Below are positions 22,520 to 34,305 of a stretch of 64,000 nucleotides of DNA, one piece after another. How positions within the stretch are numbered: the stretch's first letter is position 1; each line of letters begins with the position of its first letter. The translations under genes and the position numbers were made by a program. Source of the stretch: Armatimonadota bacterium (GTDB taxonomy: Bacteria > Armatimonadota > HRBIN16); the NCBI GenBank assembly GCA_963677485.1, contig OY781964.1:864001-928000 (forward strand), read 5' to 3'. The notes beneath the pieces are model-generated. The model saw only the letters and a list, made by a program, of their open reading frames with translations, was not told where the DNA came from and did no database searches.

Positions 22520-22523
22520 AGCT

Positions 22524-23078
22524 TTACTTCTTCTCGAATGGAACCCCCATGGCGCGGAGCAGCTCCCTGGCCTCTTCGTCCGTCTTCGCGGAGGTAACAA
22601 CACAGATATCTAAACCGCGGACGCGGTCTACTGTATCGTAACTGATCTCCGGGAACACGGTTTGGTCCTTCATACCGGTAGAGAAGTTCCCACGGCCGTC
22701 GAAAGATTTCAACGACAAGCCCTGGAAGTCTCTAACTCGGGCGAGGGCCACGGTCATCCACTTATCAAGGAAATCATACATAGCATTTCCTCGCAGGGTG
22801 ACCTTGGTACCAATTTTATGGCCTTCACGGATTTTGAAGTTCGAAATTGCTTTGCGAGCCACGCACACCACCGGCTTTTGGCCGGAAATCGCGGTAAGGT
22901 CTCGCACAGCACCTTCAATTGTCTTCGGATCAGAGTCGCCCGTACCCACGCCCATGTTAATAACCACTTTAAGCAGTCTAGGCACTTCCATTTTACTGGA
23001 GTAGTTGAACTTCTCTTGCAGCTTTGCAGCTACTTCCGTTTCGAGCTTGGTTCTAAGTCTCGGGATATATTCACCCAT
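22524..23078 (-). CDS. rplE: 50S ribosomal protein L5
   Basis: KVVINMGVG, ISGQKP, KVTLRG and RVRDFQG. Confidence 0.97.
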   Translation of the reverse strand: MGEYIPRLRTKLETEVAAKLQEKFNYSSKMEVPRLLKVVINMGVGTGDSDPKTIEGAVRDLTAISGQKPVVCVARKAISNFKIREGHKIGTKVTLRGNAMYDFLDKWMTVALARVRDFQGLSLKSFDGRGNFSTGMKDQTVFPEISYDTVDRVRGLDICVVTSAKTDEEARELLRAMGVPFEKK

Positions 23079-23081
23079 TTG

Positions 23082-23441
23082 TTACACCGACCCAATGAAC
23101 TCGTTGCACTTTTTGCATCGGCGGACGCGTTTCTCGCCCACCAAACCCATCTCGACCCGGGTAGCTTTGCTGCAGTGCGGGCATACAAGCATCACGTTAG
23201 ACACGTGAAGTGGTGCTGGCTTGCTAATACGGCCCGTCTGGCTTTCTGGCATCGCACGGTTCTGGTTCGTGGACTTCTGGTGACGGATCACCATATTACA
23301 GCCCTCGATCATAACCCTGGTCTGCTTGGGCATAGCATGGATGATCTTCCCACGCTTGCCCTTATCTTTTCCTGCGATGATCTCCACTGTGTCGCCTTTG
23401 CGAACTTTCATGGGTTTCACTGCTGTATTGTTCTTGTTCAC
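23082..23441 (-). CDS. rplX: 50S ribosomal protein L24
   Basis: KGDTVEIIAGKDKGKRG and APLHVSNV; GTG at 23441 follows AGGAGG. Confidence 0.95.
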   Translation of the reverse strand: MNKNNTAVKPMKVRKGDTVEIIAGKDKGKRGKIIHAMPKQTRVMIEGCNMVIRHQKSTNQNRAMPESQTGRISKPAPLHVSNVMLVCPHCSKATRVEMGLVGEKRVRRCKKCNEFIGSV

Positions 23442-23457
23442 GGCCTCAGCTTCCTCC

Positions 23458-23826
23458 TTACAGAACCTCTGGAGCCAGAGAGATGACACGCATATACGCT
23501 CGTTCGCGCAGTTCGCGTGCTACCGGCCCAAAGATACGGGTTCCGCGGGGTTCCCTGTTGTTGTTAATGACAACGGCCGCGTTTTCGTCGAAACGGAGCA
23601 TAGAGCCGTCTTTGCGCTTGATGGGCTGACGAGTACGAACCACTACCGCTTTGACTACTTCGCTCTTCTTGACGAGCATACCAGGAGTAGCACTTTTTAC
23701 AACTGCCACAATGATATCCCCGACACGAGCGTAGCGTGTGCTGGAACCCTTCAGAACCCGAATGCACATTAGCTCTTTTGCACCGCTATTATCGGCGGCA
23801 CGCAGCCTCGTGTAAATCTGGATCAT
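23458..23826 (-). CDS. rplN: 50S ribosomal protein L14
   Basis: [15 protein letters not shown] and [12 protein letters not shown]. Confidence 0.98.
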   Translation of the reverse strand: MIQIYTRLRAADNSGAKELMCIRVLKGSSTRYARVGDIIVAVVKSATPGMLVKKSEVVKAVVVRTRQPIKRKDGSMLRFDENAAVVINNNREPRGTRIFGPVARELRERAYMRVISLAPEVL

Positions 23827-23840
23827 TTATCAGCCCTCCC

Positions 23841-24116
23841 TTACTTGGCCTTCTCAACGACCCGGGCGACGCGCCAGCACTTAGTTTTGCTAAGAGGCCT
23901 CGTCTCCATGATCTCCACGATGTCACCCACACCACACGAGTTTAGTTCGTCGTGAGCGTGGAATCGGACGGTCTTCTTGACCGTCTTTCCGTATAGCGGG
24001 TGTCGAAAGCGATTTTCGACCACCACGACCACGGTCTTGTCCATCTTATCGCTGACAACTCGGCCCTGGCGCAGTTTGCGTCGGGCACGGGTCAGTTCGT
24101 TGGTAACCTCGGTCAT
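23841..24116 (-). CDS. rpsQ: 30S ribosomal protein S17
   Basis: [17 protein letters not shown] and ETRPLSKTK. Confidence 0.98.
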   Translation of the reverse strand: MTEVTNELTRARRKLRQGRVVSDKMDKTVVVVVENRFRHPLYGKTVKKTVRFHAHDELNSCGVGDIVEIMETRPLSKTKCWRVARVVEKAK

Positions 24117-24134
24117 CTATATCTCCTCTACGCT

Positions 24135-24338
24135 TTACGCGCCGGCAGACTTCTCGGTGATGATAGTCATAATCCGCGCCACGTTGTTTCGTGTCACAGC
24201 AATGCTGGCGGTATCGGTGAGCTTACGAAGCGCTGCGTTCTGCCTAAGCGTAAACATGCGCTCTTGCTGCTCTTTAAGCGTCTGCTGCAGTTCCTGATGG
24301 TTCAGTTTCCGCAACTCCGCTGGCTTCAGTGATTTCAT
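24135..24338 (-). CDS. rpmC: 50S ribosomal protein L29
   Basis: Position and size; ELRKL...[11 protein letters not shown]. Confidence 0.88.
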   Translation of the reverse strand: MKSLKPAELRKLNHQELQQTLKEQQERMFTLRQNAALRKLTDTASIAVTRNNVARIMTIITEKSAGA

Positions 24339-24759
24339 TGTTCACCTCGAAGTCACGTCGTGTGACGAACTTTGTCTTGATGGGCAGTTTGTACTGCGCC
24401 AGTCTCATAGCGGCCTTGGCCACGTCTTCTGTAACTCCAGACATCTCAAAGAGAATTCGGTCTGGCTTCACGACGGCCACCCAGCCTTCGGGAGCACCCT
24501 TACCGGAACCCATACGGGTTTCGGCAGGTTTTTTGGTGTAGCTCTTATCCGGGAAAATCCGGATCCAAATCTGTCCACCACGCTTGATATGCCTGGTCAT
24601 GGCGATACGGGCGGCTTCGATCTGGTTATTAGTCATCCAGCAGCTCTCCACTGCCTGTAATGCGTAATCGCCAAATGCGATGTAGTTACCGGAGGTCGCT
24701 CGTCCCCTTCGGTGACCGCGATGTACTTTTCGGTGTTTGACCCTTTTAGGCATCAACAT
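24274..24759 (-). CDS. rplP: 50S ribosomal protein L16
   Basis: [19 protein letters not shown] and ETRMGSGKG; ATG at 24759. Confidence 0.97.
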   Translation of the reverse strand: MLMPKRVKHRKVHRGHRRGRATSGNYIAFGDYALQAVESCWMTNNQIEAARIAMTRHIKRGGQIWIRIFPDKSYTKKPAETRMGSGKGAPEGWVAVVKPDRILFEMSGVTEDVAKAAMRLAQYKLPIKTKFVTRRDFEVNNEITEASGVAETEPSGTAADA

Positions 24760-25627
24760 TGCCAGTACGCCTCCTTCCAGTATTCTGATCGCCTCTGCGA
24801 GCACCACCAGCACCACCACCACGGTTTGCGCTGTTGTTGTTACGCGGGCGACGATCACCACGACGTTCACGTCGGTCGCCATCTCTGCCTTTTTCATTAG
24901 CAGGAACGCCAACCATCTTCACACGTTCGCCCGGCATCACATCTCCGCGATAAACCCATACCTTAACGCCAATATTGCCGTATGTGGTAGGAGCCTCGCT
25001 CAATGCGTAATCCACGTCTGCACGAATTGTCTGCAGCGGGATCTTACCGTCTTTCATCACTTCGGTTCGCGCCATTTCACTGCCGCCTAAACGGCCTGCG
25101 CAGCGAATTTTCACGCCTTGAACACCAGCGCGGTTACAGCGCATGATGCCCTGACGCATCGCTCGCTTGAAGCTGACACGGCGGGTGATCTGCTGAGCCA
25201 CGTTGTCCGCAACCAGTTGAGCGTGACGATCGGGGTTACCAATCTCTTCAACATGAACGCGCACATCGGTAAGTGGCCTGACATCCTTGGCATGAGATGC
25301 ACGATGCGGGAATGCAGGGTCAAGCAACAGAGTCAGAGCTCTGCGCAAGTCTTCAATTCCCTTGCTCTGGCGGCCGATGACCATACCGGGCTTCGCGGAG
25401 AAGATCGTCACGTCCACGCGGTTAGGCATGGGGCGGCTGATCTCCACACAGGCGATACCGGCATTAGCCAGCTCCGCTCGCTTCTTAGGCAGCGTCTTTA
25501 GGATGAATTTACGGATACTATGATCCTCTTTCACCCACTGAGCGTAGCCCTTTGCGGAAAACCAGTGGCTGGTGTAGTCACGAATAATGCCTACACGAAA
25601 GCCGATCGGATTGATTTTCTGTCCCAA
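24746..25627 (-). CDS. rpsC: 30S ribosomal protein S3
   Basis: [34 protein letters not shown]; Arg/Gly-rich tail. Confidence 0.97.
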   Translation of the reverse strand: MGQKINPIGFRVGIIRDYTSHWFSAKGYAQWVKEDHSIRKFILKTLPKKRAELANAGIACVEISRPMPNRVDVTIFSAKPGMVIGRQSKGIEDLRRALTLLLDPAFPHRASHAKDVRPLTDVRVHVEEIGNPDRHAQLVADNVAQQITRRVSFKRAMRQGIMRCNRAGVQGVKIRCAGRLGGSEMARTEVMKDGKIPLQTIRADVDYALSEAPTTYGNIGVKVWVYRGDVMPGERVKMVGVPANEKGRDGDRRERRGDRRPRNNNSANRGGGAGGARRGDQNTGRRRTGNVDA

Positions 25628-25649
25628 ACTGAACCTCCCTCAGGCCGCT

Positions 25650-26063
25650 CTACTCTGTAGTTTCGGCGGGCTGAGCCGCTTGTGCGGTGCGTGTTTTACG
25701 ATTGACCCTCTTAGCGCGGGGAACCTCGTTCACCTCGACCGTGATATGCACCATCGGTTTGATAATCGGATAAGCGCGCCCCATGCTGCGTGGGTGAATC
25801 CGCTTCAAGCGGGGACCTTCATCCACGGTGCATCTGGTTATCATCAACGCGCTTTCATCTATTGCTTCACCTTTGGTTACAGCCTGATCCATGGTGTTCG
25901 CAGCGGCGCTGTGAACAACCTTGTAAATCACGGCAGCAGAACGCTGCGGGCTGAACTTCAGGAATTGAAGTGCTTCTTCTACGTACTTACCCCGTACCGC
26001 ATCAATCACTAGACGCGATTTCTTAGGGGACAGTCGTACAAACTTTGCGATTGCCTGAGCCAT
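25650..26063 (-). CDS. rplV: 50S ribosomal protein L22
   Basis: SPKKSRLVIDAVRG and VDEGPRLKR. Confidence 0.96.
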   Translation of the reverse strand: MAQAIAKFVRLSPKKSRLVIDAVRGKYVEEALQFLKFSPQRSAAVIYKVVHSAAANTMDQAVTKGEAIDESALMITRCTVDEGPRLKRIHPRSMGRAYPIIKPMVHITVEVNEVPRAKRVNRKTRTAQAAQPAETTE

Positions 26064-26075
26064 TTGCGTCCTCCC

Positions 26076-26360
26076 CTATTTCTTGCGCGTCGTACGGTCG
26101 TTTTGGCCGGCGTGACCCCTGAACATGCGTGTTGGCGCAAATTCACCGAGTTTGTGACCGACCATGTTTTCCGTGACGAACACAGGTATATGCTTGCGCC
26201 CATCATGCACAGCCAGGGTATGCCCCAGCATTAACGGCAGGATGGTGCTCCGGCGAGACCAGGTCTTTATGATCTTCTTCTCGCCAGCGCTGTTCATCGC
26301 TTCTATCTTGGTGACAAGTGTGGCCTCTGCGTATGGGCCTTTCTTGATCGAACGTGCCAT
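26076..26360 (-). CDS. rpsS: 30S ribosomal protein S19
   Basis: KTWSRRSTI and [13 protein letters not shown]. Confidence 0.98.
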   Translation of the reverse strand: MARSIKKGPYAEATLVTKIEAMNSAGEKKIIKTWSRRSTILPLMLGHTLAVHDGRKHIPVFVTENMVGHKLGEFAPTRMFRGHAGQNDRTTRKK

Positions 26361-26437
26361 GAGTGTTACTCCTATAGGATACTAACCCAGCTCTGGGGGC
26401 GAGTAAACTCGCCCCACACTCCATTTCGGAGTCTGGC

Positions 26438-27271
26438 CTACTTCTTGTTTCGTCCTCGGACGATATACTTGTCGGTAGACTTATTGTTACGGGTCTTTTT
26501 GCCCAAAGCCGGTTTACCCCAAGGAGTGACAGGGCCACCCTTGCGACCTACCGGTGCCTTACCCTCACCACCACCATGTGGGTGGTCACAGGGGTTCATA
26601 GCCGAACCACGTACATGTGGTCGGCGTCCCAGGTAGCGAGTCTTACCCGCTTTACCCAGTGATTCATTCTCGTGCTCGATATGGCCAACTTGACCAATCG
26701 ATGCTCGACAGTTTATGTGAACCATGCGCACTTCGCCGGATGGAAGGCGAATTTGGCTATAGGAGCCTTCTTTCGCTACCAACTGAGCCGACACGCCTGC
26801 ACCACGCACAAGCTGAGCTCCACGGTTGGGCTGAAGTTCAATACAGTGAATAACTGTACCTACAGGAATACACCTGATGGGTAAGCTGTTGCCAGGACGG
26901 ATATCCGCCTCATCACTATTATAAACTTTATCGTCAACCTTAAGACCAACGGGGCTGATGATGTATCTCTTCTCGCCGTCTTCGAACTGGATAAGGGCGA
27001 TACGCGCGCTTCGGTTTGGATCGTACTCTACCGATAATACGGTGGCCGCCATATCTAATTTATTCCGCATGAAGTCAATGATACGGTACCGTCGCTTGGC
27101 ACCACCGCCACGGTGGCGGCAGGTGATTTTTCCCTGGTTGTTACGTCCACCAGTTCTTTTTACTGTACCAAGCAACGACTTCTCGGGCTTAGATGTGGTG
27201 ATTTCCACGAAATCGGCCACAGCCATATGACGTAATGATGGCGTCGTCGGCTTATACTGTTTGATAGGCAT
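26438..27271 (-). CDS. rplB: 50S ribosomal protein L2
   Basis: [15 protein letters not shown] and [13 protein letters not shown]. Confidence 0.98.
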   Translation of the reverse strand: MPIKQYKPTTPSLRHMAVADFVEITTSKPEKSLLGTVKRTGGRNNQGKITCRHRGGGAKRRYRIIDFMRNKLDMAATVLSVEYDPNRSARIALIQFEDGEKRYIISPVGLKVDDKVYNSDEADIRPGNSLPIRCIPVGTVIHCIELQPNRGAQLVRGAGVSAQLVAKEGSYSQIRLPSGEVRMVHINCRASIGQVGHIEHENESLGKAGKTRYLGRRPHVRGSAMNPCDHPHGGGEGKAPVGRKGGPVTPWGKPALGKKTRNNKSTDKYIVRGRNKK

Positions 27272-27316
27272 TTGTAGCCTCCTGTTTTTTCCAGCTACAC
27301 CTGAAGACCTGTCAGC

Positions 27317-27610
27317 TTACGATATCTCGAAGATATCGATCTGCTGTCCAGCCTTCACGCGTATGATGGCCTTTTTGAATTTCGGGGTCATCCCCAGCGG
27401 ACCTCGGCCTGTCCGTTTGGCTCGTCCGTGGTCGACGAGTGTGTTTACACTCACTACGTCTACCTTGTAAAGAGCCTTTATTGCTTGGGCGATCTCTATT
27501 TTATTGGCATGAAGCGACACCACGAAGGTGTAGCTGTTGCAGCTCTGAATAAGGTCTGTCGACTGTTCAGTAACTACAGGTGCCAGAATGATGTCGTGTG
27601 GGCTTTTCAT
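27317..27610 (-). CDS. rplW: 50S ribosomal protein L23
   Basis: PVVTEQS, ANKIEI and KKAII; canonical position. Confidence 0.95.
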   Translation of the reverse strand: MKSPHDIILAPVVTEQSTDLIQSCNSYTFVVSLHANKIEIAQAIKALYKVDVVSVNTLVDHGRAKRTGRGPLGMTPKFKKAIIRVKAGQQIDIFEIS

Positions 27611-28242
27611 TACTTAGCACAAACCCCCTGCATTGTCTCCAATGCACTCACGGTGGCCACGATGGTTCCGGCCAGCACGATATCTCGCACCGACACGTTT
27701 GGAGCGTGGCGAACCTGCACACCAGGAATATTGCGGAATGACTTGTAAGCCACGACATCATATTCCGGCAGCAAAATCAGAACGCGCTTTGTGGTCGCAC
27801 CAAGTGCAGCAAGCATCTGGATGGCATCCTTCGTCCTGGGGGCATCAAACTTAATTTGATCCACTGCAACGAAAGAACCGGACTCAAGCTTGGCACTCAA
27901 TACAGACCGCAGCGCAGCATGCCGCATCTTGCGGGGCATATCCTTGCCGTAATCTCTATTATGAGGGCCAAACGTGACGCCACCATGATACCAGTGCGGT
28001 GCACGAGTCGATCCCTGTCGGGCCCGACCAGTACCCTTCTGTCGCCATGGCTTTTTGCCACCACCACTCACTTCGCCGCGAGTTTTGGTTTCGTGCGTAC
28101 CCTGCCGTCTGTTGGCTTCTTCCACCACGACGGCCATATGCGCCAGGTCGGGGCGAGCAGGTACGGAGTAAACCGCATCATTCAGCTCGGCATCGGTGTT
28201 AACCGGCTGCCCAGCCATGTTCATTACTTTGATAGTTGCCAT
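27610..28242 (-). CDS. rplD: 50S ribosomal protein L4
   Basis: [33 protein letters not shown]. Confidence 0.98.
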   Translation of the reverse strand: MATIKVMNMAGQPVNTDAELNDAVYSVPARPDLAHMAVVVEEANRRQGTHETKTRGEVSGGGKKPWRQKGTGRARQGSTRAPHWYHGGVTFGPHNRDYGKDMPRKMRHAALRSVLSAKLESGSFVAVDQIKFDAPRTKDAIQMLAALGATTKRVLILLPEYDVVAYKSFRNIPGVQVRHAPNVSVRDIVLAGTIVATVSALETMQGVCAK

Positions 28243-28248
28243 CGCGCC

Positions 28249-28881
28249 CTAACCTCTCTTCTCCAAAGCGATCACGATAAGACCGCCGTTTGCGCCGGGA
28301 ACACCGCCCCGTACCAGGATGAGGTTGCGCTCTGCATCCACACGTTCAACGGTCATGCCGCTCTGAGTGACGGTGTCGTTACCCATTCGGCCTGGTTTAC
28401 GGGTACCCTTGAAGGTGCGTGCGGCATCAGTAGCACCGCTGGATTGCGGTTTGCGCTCTGCATTACCACCGTGAGTTTTGTCGCCACCACGGAAGTGGTA
28501 GCGCTTCACTACACCGGCGTAACCGCGGCCTTTGCTGGTTCCGGTAACCTTAACTTGATCGCCTGCCTGAAAAACATCCATCACGCCAATCTGCGTACCG
28601 CAGCTTAGCCCTTCGATAGAGTCTACAGCGAGCTCACGCAACACGCGTTGTGCGGCCACTCCAGCCTTACCGAAATGCCCTTTCATGGGCTTGGTTGCCT
28701 TCCGTGCCGGTATCTCTTCGTATCCGAGTTGAACGGCTGTATAGCCGTCTTTGTCGTCAGTCTTAATCTGCGTAATAACGCAGGGTCCCGCCTCTATGAC
28801 GGAGACCGGAACGGCCCGACCCTTATCGTCGAAGATTTGGGTCATGCCGACCTTTCTTCCCATAATCGCCTGCACTGCCAT
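28249..28881 (-). CDS. rplC: 50S ribosomal protein L3
   Basis: GRKVGMTQIF, DGYTAVQLG, SKGRGYAG and GGVPGA. Confidence 0.97.
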   Translation of the reverse strand: MAVQAIMGRKVGMTQIFDDKGRAVPVSVIEAGPCVITQIKTDDKDGYTAVQLGYEEIPARKATKPMKGHFGKAGVAAQRVLRELAVDSIEGLSCGTQIGVMDVFQAGDQVKVTGTSKGRGYAGVVKRYHFRGGDKTHGGNAERKPQSSGATDAARTFKGTRKPGRMGNDTVTQSGMTVERVDAERNLILVRGGVPGANGGLIVIALEKRG

Positions 28882-28892
28882 TGCCGTACTCC

Positions 28893-29213
28893 CTACTTGA
28901 TCTCAATGTATACGCCGCTCGGCAGATCAAGGCGCATTAGCGCGTCAATCGTCTTAGTACCGGCCTCATAGAGGTCGATCAACCGTTTGTGCGTGAGCAG
29001 CTCGAAATGCTCCATGGAGGTCTTGTCAATATGTGGACCGCGGATGACGCAGAAGCGATTTCGCTCCGTGGGCAGCAGCACTGGTCCGGAAATCCGGGCA
29101 CCGGTATCCCGAACAGTCTTCACGATCTTCAGTACTGACTGGTCCAGAATACGATGATCATACGCTCGAAGCCGGATACGAACCCGGTTTTGAGCTGTAT
29201 CTCGTCGTGCCAT
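28893..29213 (-). CDS. rpsJ: 30S ribosomal protein S10
   Basis: [27 protein letters not shown] and LDLPSGV. Confidence 0.96.
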   Translation of the reverse strand: MARRDTAQNRVRIRLRAYDHRILDQSVLKIVKTVRDTGARISGPVLLPTERNRFCVIRGPHIDKTSMEHFELLTHKRLIDLYEAGTKTIDALMRLDLPSGVYIEIK

Positions 29214-29233
29214 AATAGCTAGCCTCCTCGATG

Positions 29234-30433
29234 TTAAGCGATAACCTTGGTAACTACGCCAGCACCCACAGTGTGTCCACCTTCGCGTACTGCGAAGCGG
29301 AGACCCTCTTCCATAGCGATGGGTTGGATGAGGTCTGCAGTGATCGTCACGCGATCACCAGGCATAATCATCTCAACACCTTCTGGAAGCTTCATGTTGC
29401 CAGTTACGTCCGTGGTGCGGAAATAGAACTGCGGGCGATACCCGTCAAAGAACGGGGTATGGCGGCCGCCTTCCTCTTTTGTAAGCACGTAGATTTCACC
29501 CTGGAACTGGGTGTGCGGCTTAATGGAACCGGGCTTGGCGCAAACCATGCCACGCTCCACAGATTCACGACCGATGCCTCGCAGCAGGATACCGGCGTTG
29601 TCGCCGCTCTCTACTCGCTCAAGGATCTTGCGGAACATCTCGAGGCTGGTGGCAACAGTTGTGATGCTCTTCTCTTTAATACCAACGATCTCGATCTGCT
29701 CGCCGGCCTTCAGCACACCGCGCTCCACACGTCCGGTCACGACAGTGCCGCGGCCAGTGATGGTGAAGACATCTTCGATGGGCATCAGGAACGGCTTCTC
29801 CGTATCGCGCTCAGGGGTCGGAATATAGTCGTCAATTGCTTCAATCAACTTCCATATTTTGTCAGCCCATGGGTCGCCTTGCTCGCCGCTTCCCTCAAGT
29901 ACCTTCACGGCGGATCCCACGATTACGGGGATGTCGTCGCCGGGGAAGTCATACTTGGTAAGAAGTTCGCGAACTTCCATCTCTACCAGCTCTGTCAGCT
30001 CGGGGTCGTCCACCAGGTCTTCTTTGTTCAAGAAGACGACGATGTAAGGAACTCCTACCTGACGGGCGAGCAGGATGTGCTCACGAGTCTGAGGCATAGG
30101 GCCGTCAGCGGCAGACACAACCAACACGGCTCCGTCCATCTGGGCGGCACCGGTGATCATGTTCTTAATATAGTCCGCGTGTCCCGGGCAGTCTACGTGA
30201 GCGTAGTGCCGTTTGTCGGTCTCATATTCCGCATGATAGATATTGATGGTTACACCGCGCTCTCGCTCTTCCGGGGCGCAGTCGATGGCGTCGTAGGCCT
30301 GGTATTTTGCAAAGCCCTTCGTGGCCAGGCACTTTGTGATGGCCGCGGTTAGGCTGGTTTTGCCATGATCCACGTGACCGATGGTGCCGATATTCATGTG
30401 CGGCTTATTGCGCTCAAATTTCTGCTTAGCCAT
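29234..30433 (-). CDS. tuf: Elongation factor Tu
   Basis: [16 protein letters not shown] and GGRHTPFF. Confidence 0.99.
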   Translation of the reverse strand: MAKQKFERNKPHMNIGTIGHVDHGKTSLTAAITKCLATKGFAKYQAYDAIDCAPEERERGVTINIYHAEYETDKRHYAHVDCPGHADYIKNMITGAAQMDGAVLVVSAADGPMPQTREHILLARQVGVPYIVVFLNKEDLVDDPELTELVEMEVRELLTKYDFPGDDIPVIVGSAVKVLEGSGEQGDPWADKIWKLIEAIDDYIPTPERDTEKPFLMPIEDVFTITGRGTVVTGRVERGVLKAGEQIEIVGIKEKSITTVATSLEMFRKILERVESGDNAGILLRGIGRESVERGMVCAKPGSIKPHTQFQGEIYVLTKEEGGRHTPFFDGYRPQFYFRTTDVTGNMKLPEGVEMIMPGDRVTITADLIQPIAMEEGLRFAVREGGHTVGAGVVTKVIA

Positions 30434-30478
30434 GATTTCAATCCTCTCTTGAGAGTATTGGGTGGCGGATTATTCCGC

Positions 30479-32557
30479 CTACCCGTTCGCCTTCGATGTC
30501 AGCTCGGAGAGCATGAAGGAAGGTACTTCCTCGTAATGCGAAGGCTCCATGCTGTATGACGCTCGGCCCTGTGAAAGCGACCTTACTGTCGTAGCGTATC
30601 CAAACATTTCGCCGAGCGGTACATGGGCTTTGATGGATTGGGTACCACCTGGTCCAGGCTCGAGGCCTTCTATCCGTCCACGTCGGCTGTTTAAGTCACC
30701 AATCACTTCACCCATGAACTCTTCAGGGGTAACGACTTCCACTTTCATGATTGGTTCCATCACTGTGGGGCTTGCCTTCGCCATGGCACTTCTCATGGAC
30801 ATAGACCCGGCAATTTTGAATGCCATTTCGTTGGAGTCAACATCGTGATAACTACCATGAACTAAGCGGACTTTGACGTCCACTACCGGGTAGCCACCCA
30901 ATACGCCAGATTGCAGCGCTTCTTTAACTCCCTGTTCGATAGGCCCAATGTATTCTCGAGGAATAACACCGCCCACGGTCGCATTTATAAACTCGAAACC
31001 TCCGCCAGCTTCCATGGGTTCGATTTCCAACACGGCATGACCGTATTGACCACGTCCACCAGTCTGCTTGGCATACTTTACATCGCCACGGGCAGGTTTG
31101 CGGATAGCTTCACGGTAGGCAACTTGAGGTCGTCCACTGTTAGCTTCCACACGGAACTCGCGCAAAAGGCGATCCACGATGATTTCGAGATGAAGTTCGC
31201 CCATTCCTCTAATAATGGTTTGACCGGTCTCTGGATCGGTGTTCACCTTAAAGGTGGGGTCTTCCTGGGCCAGACGTGCAAGTGCCACGCCAAGCTTGTC
31301 TTGGTCAGCCTTGGTTTTCGGCTCGATAGCCACCGAAATAACAGGCTCCGGGAAGATGATATTCTCCAGGCACAACGGAGATTTCTCCGCAGTGAGGGTA
31401 TCACCAGTTACAGTGTCTTGTAGACCCACAGCCGCTGCGATTTCGCCAGCATATACTACGTCTACGTCTTCTCTGTGGTTAGCATGCATTCTCAGAATGC
31501 GTCCCACACGCTCTTTTTTGCCACGAGTGGCGTTCAGAATATAAGAGCCTTTATTCATAGAACCGCTGTATACCCGGAAGAATGTCAGTCGTCCCACGAA
31601 GGGGTCAGACATAATCTTAAAGGCCAGAGCGGTAAATGGCTCCTCATCGCTTGGTTGGCGTACTTCTTCTTCTTCCGTCTTAGGGTTAACGCCAGTGACG
31701 CTGCCTTTTTCGATGGGGCTAGGAAGGTAGTCAACAATCGCGTCAAGAAGCGGCTGCACACCCTTGTTTTTGAATGAAGACCCGCAGGTGACGGGTACGA
31801 TCTTGTTAGCGATCGTGCCTATGCGCAGGGCATGACGAATTTCTGCTTCGGTGATTGTTTCACCTTCGAGATACTTCATCATCAGCTCATCGTCGCATTC
31901 AACTGCAGATTCCACGAGTGCTTCACGCCATTTCGCCACATCCTCGGCGATATCGGCAGGCACGTCCGTGACGTCGAATTCCTGACCCAGATCGTCGTGA
32001 TAGATACTGGCTTTCAGTGTAATCAAGTCAACCAATCCAGTGAACTCCCCTTCAGCACCGATAGGGTACTGAACAGGCACTGCGTTGGATCCTAACCGCT
32101 CACGGATGCGCTTGACGACTTCAAAGAAGTCAGCACCGAGGCGGTCCATCTTATTGACATACACTATGCGTGGAACATTATATTTAGTAGCTTGTCGCCA
32201 AACTGTTTCCGACTGAGGTTGCACACCACCGACTGCACAGAAGGTGGCGACGACTCCGTCAAGCACGCGCATACTGCGCTCCACTTCAACGGTGAAATCC
32301 ACGTGTCCGGGCGTATCGATAATGTTGATCCGGCATCCACCCCAGAAGCATGTGGTGGCAGCGGAGGTAATGGTGATACCACGCTCCTGCTCCTGCTCCA
32401 TCCAGTCCATCGTTGCTGCACCTTCGTGCACTTCACCGATGCGATGTATACGACCAGTATAAAAGAGCATACGCTCTGTAGTGGTCGTTTTACCTGCATC
32501 GATATGGGCTGCGATGCCGATATTTCTAGTATTTTCGAGGGAATACTCCCGTGCCAT
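30479..32557 (-). CDS. fusA: Elongation factor G (canonical)
   Basis: [14 protein letters not shown] and DTPGHVDF; str operon position. Confidence 0.99.
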   Translation of the reverse strand: MAREYSLENTRNIGIAAHIDAGKTTTTERMLFYTGRIHRIGEVHEGAATMDWMEQEQERGITITSAATTCFWGGCRINIIDTPGHVDFTVEVERSMRVLDGVVATFCAVGGVQPQSETVWRQATKYNVPRIVYVNKMDRLGADFFEVVKRIRERLGSNAVPVQYPIGAEGEFTGLVDLITLKASIYHDDLGQEFDVTDVPADIAEDVAKWREALVESAVECDDELMMKYLEGETITEAEIRHALRIGTIANKIVPVTCGSSFKNKGVQPLLDAIVDYLPSPIEKGSVTGVNPKTEEEEVRQPSDEEPFTALAFKIMSDPFVGRLTFFRVYSGSMNKGSYILNATRGKKERVGRILRMHANHREDVDVVYAGEIAAAVGLQDTVTGDTLTAEKSPLCLENIIFPEPVISVAIEPKTKADQDKLGVALARLAQEDPTFKVNTDPETGQTIIRGMGELHLEIIVDRLLREFRVEANSGRPQVAYREAIRKPARGDVKYAKQTGGRGQYGHAVLEIEPMEAGGGFEFINATVGGVIPREYIGPIEQGVKEALQSGVLGGYPVVDVKVRLVHGSYHDVDSNEMAFKIAGSMSMRSAMAKASPTVMEPIMKVEVVTPEEFMGEVIGDLNSRRGRIEGLEPGPGGTQSIKAHVPLGEMFGYATTVRSLSQGRASYSMEPSHYEEVPSFMLSELTSKANG

Positions 32558-32620
32558 GAACTGCTGATATCCTCCTGCAACCTGCGGTATATTCTACCGA
32601 CAGACCGCCATGTTACTTTT

Positions 32621-33091
32621 CTATACTTTGTAGTGGGCGAAGGCTTTGTTAGCCTCAGCCATGCGGTGAGTGTCCTCACGCTTTTTCACTGCGGCACCGG
32701 CACTATTAGCTGCATCCACTATTTCGGCTGCAAGTTTTTCGGCCATGGTGCGTCCACCGCGCTTGCGGGCGGCGGAGATCATCCAGCGGATACCCAGAGC
32801 GGTTTTTCGCTCAGGACGGACTTCTACTGGAACCTGGTAGGTGGCACCGCCTACGCGCCGAGGTTTGACCTCTAGCAGCGGCATCACATTCTTGAGAGCG
32901 GACTGGAACATGTCCAATGCGGCTCTTTCGCTCTTCGCTTCCACTACAGACATGGCACTGTAAAATATCTTCTCGGCAACTGCTTTTTTACCACCCAGCA
33001 TCAGCCGGTTGATAAATCGCTGTACCAATATGTCATTGTAAATAGGGTCGGGAAGAATCTGTCGGCGCTCGGCCGGACCTTTTCTAGGCAT
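32621..33091 (-). CDS. rpsG: 30S ribosomal protein S7
   Basis: [11 protein letters not shown] and [13 protein letters not shown]. Confidence 0.98.
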   Translation of the reverse strand: MPRKGPAERRQILPDPIYNDILVQRFINRLMLGGKKAVAEKIFYSAMSVVEAKSERAALDMFQSALKNVMPLLEVKPRRVGGATYQVPVEVRPERKTALGIRWMISAARKRGGRTMAEKLAAEIVDAANSAGAAVKKREDTHRMAEANKAFAHYKV

Positions 33092-33111
33092 TGTTGTTCA
33101 AATCCTCCAGC

Positions 33112-33483
33112 TTATTTCGGGCGCTTCGTGCCGTATTTACTGCGGCTCTGTTTGCGGTTATTGGTGCCGCCGGTATCCAACGTGCCACGCACGATGTGAT
33201 AGCGGACACCAGGCAGGTCCTTCACGCGTCCACCGCGAACAAGAACCACAGAGTGTTCCTGAAGGTTGTGTCCGACACCAGGGATGTAAGCCGTAACCTC
33301 CACACCGTTGGTCAGGCGAACACGAGCCACTTTTCGAAGAGCCGAATTCGGCTTCTTCGGGGTTACCGTACGCACTACCAGGCACACGCCGCGTTTCTGC
33401 GGGCAGGACCTTAGTGCAGGGCTTTTGCTTTTCTTATGAATAGCTACGCGGCCCTTTCGGACTAACTGGTTGACTGTCGGCAT
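33112..33483 (-). CDS. rpsL: 30S ribosomal protein S12
   Basis: [19 protein letters not shown] and [12 protein letters not shown]; ATG at 33483 follows TAAGGAG. Confidence 0.98.
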   Translation of the reverse strand: MPTVNQLVRKGRVAIHKKSKSPALRSCPQKRGVCLVVRTVTPKKPNSALRKVARVRLTNGVEVTAYIPGVGHNLQEHSVVLVRGGRVKDLPGVRYHIVRGTLDTGGTNNRKQSRSKYGTKRPK

Positions 33484-33803
33484 ACTCTGATACTCCTTAG
33501 TAAAAAACCAAAACCCCCTTGCCGAAAGGCACGGGGGCACAGTGATCGTGAGTCTACATCCGCAGTTTTAGACCGCATATGATTGACACAATTGATCATT
33601 CGAGACTAATCCGCCGAGGCGGGTTATATCCCGGATGTGCCCTCTTGCCGTGAGGCTCACCGAAGTGAGCCGAGGGAGAGTGAACTTCTCTCCCGGGATA
33701 CACCAAATTGATGTCATCCCCTGGCAGCGGAGGAGCTACCGATCGGCTTTTGCTTTGCCCGATTGGGGCGACTGCGCGGTTACGCACAAAGACGCCAAGG
33801 AGT
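33484..33803 (-). ncRNA. Long structured leader or unannotated ncRNA upstream of rpsL
   Basis: Nested stems including a C(UUCG)G tetraloop hairpin, ending in a terminator-like hairpin plus U-tract at 33502-33537; TATACT -10-like hexamer at 33804-33809. Confidence 0.5.
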
Positions 33804-34305
33804 AGTATACACCAATAATCTGCCAGTGTGCCAGTTTTGGGAAATATTCGCGAAATTGCCCCACATTGGCACCCTGAGCTAGGAATATTCGGCCCGTGAC
33901 GGTCTGTGGGGTATACCTATTGTATATGTTGTCAGTGGTGGCGGGAAGTGAACCGAATGGCTCCCCGTGTAGGAAGTCATAGCCGGAGCCCGTTAATTCC
34001 GCGACATAAATGGGTCGGCTATTGATCATCAAGTCCGTTGAAACGGACTACGGCATTTCGTGCCGAAGTTGATAATGACATGGAAGACTGCTTCAGCAGG
34101 CTTGTTGTTCAAGAGCCGAGACATTTATGTCGCGGAATCGGGCCGGTTGAATGTCGGGTGCTAGTCCGAACCACCTATTATATATGGGTCAGTTGTGATT
34201 ATCTGCGCAGCACCGCATAATAGGGCTGTGGCGATGCATTATCGCCATCAAACCCTGTTAAGTATGTATCACACGATATGCACCTGAAAGGAGACCAACG
34301 AATAT

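Noticed and set aside
33112-33483. Streptomycin-resistance allele of rpsL
   Set aside because: Both key lysines (PKKPNS and RVKDLP) are wild type
33484-33803. Possible tmRNA, RNase P, SRP, 6S RNA or c-di-GMP riboswitch identity for the structured RNA
   Set aside because: No tRNA-like ends, GAGGAAAGUCC, or SRP CAGG...GGAAGCAGC motif; the fold is multibranched rather than the 6S rod; GGGCAAA lacks the rest of the riboswitch consensus. An Rfam scan is still needed
33736-34220. Short ORFs in the rpsL-DUF4838 divergent intergenic region
   Set aside because: No RBS or motif support; they overlap the likely promoter and leader region
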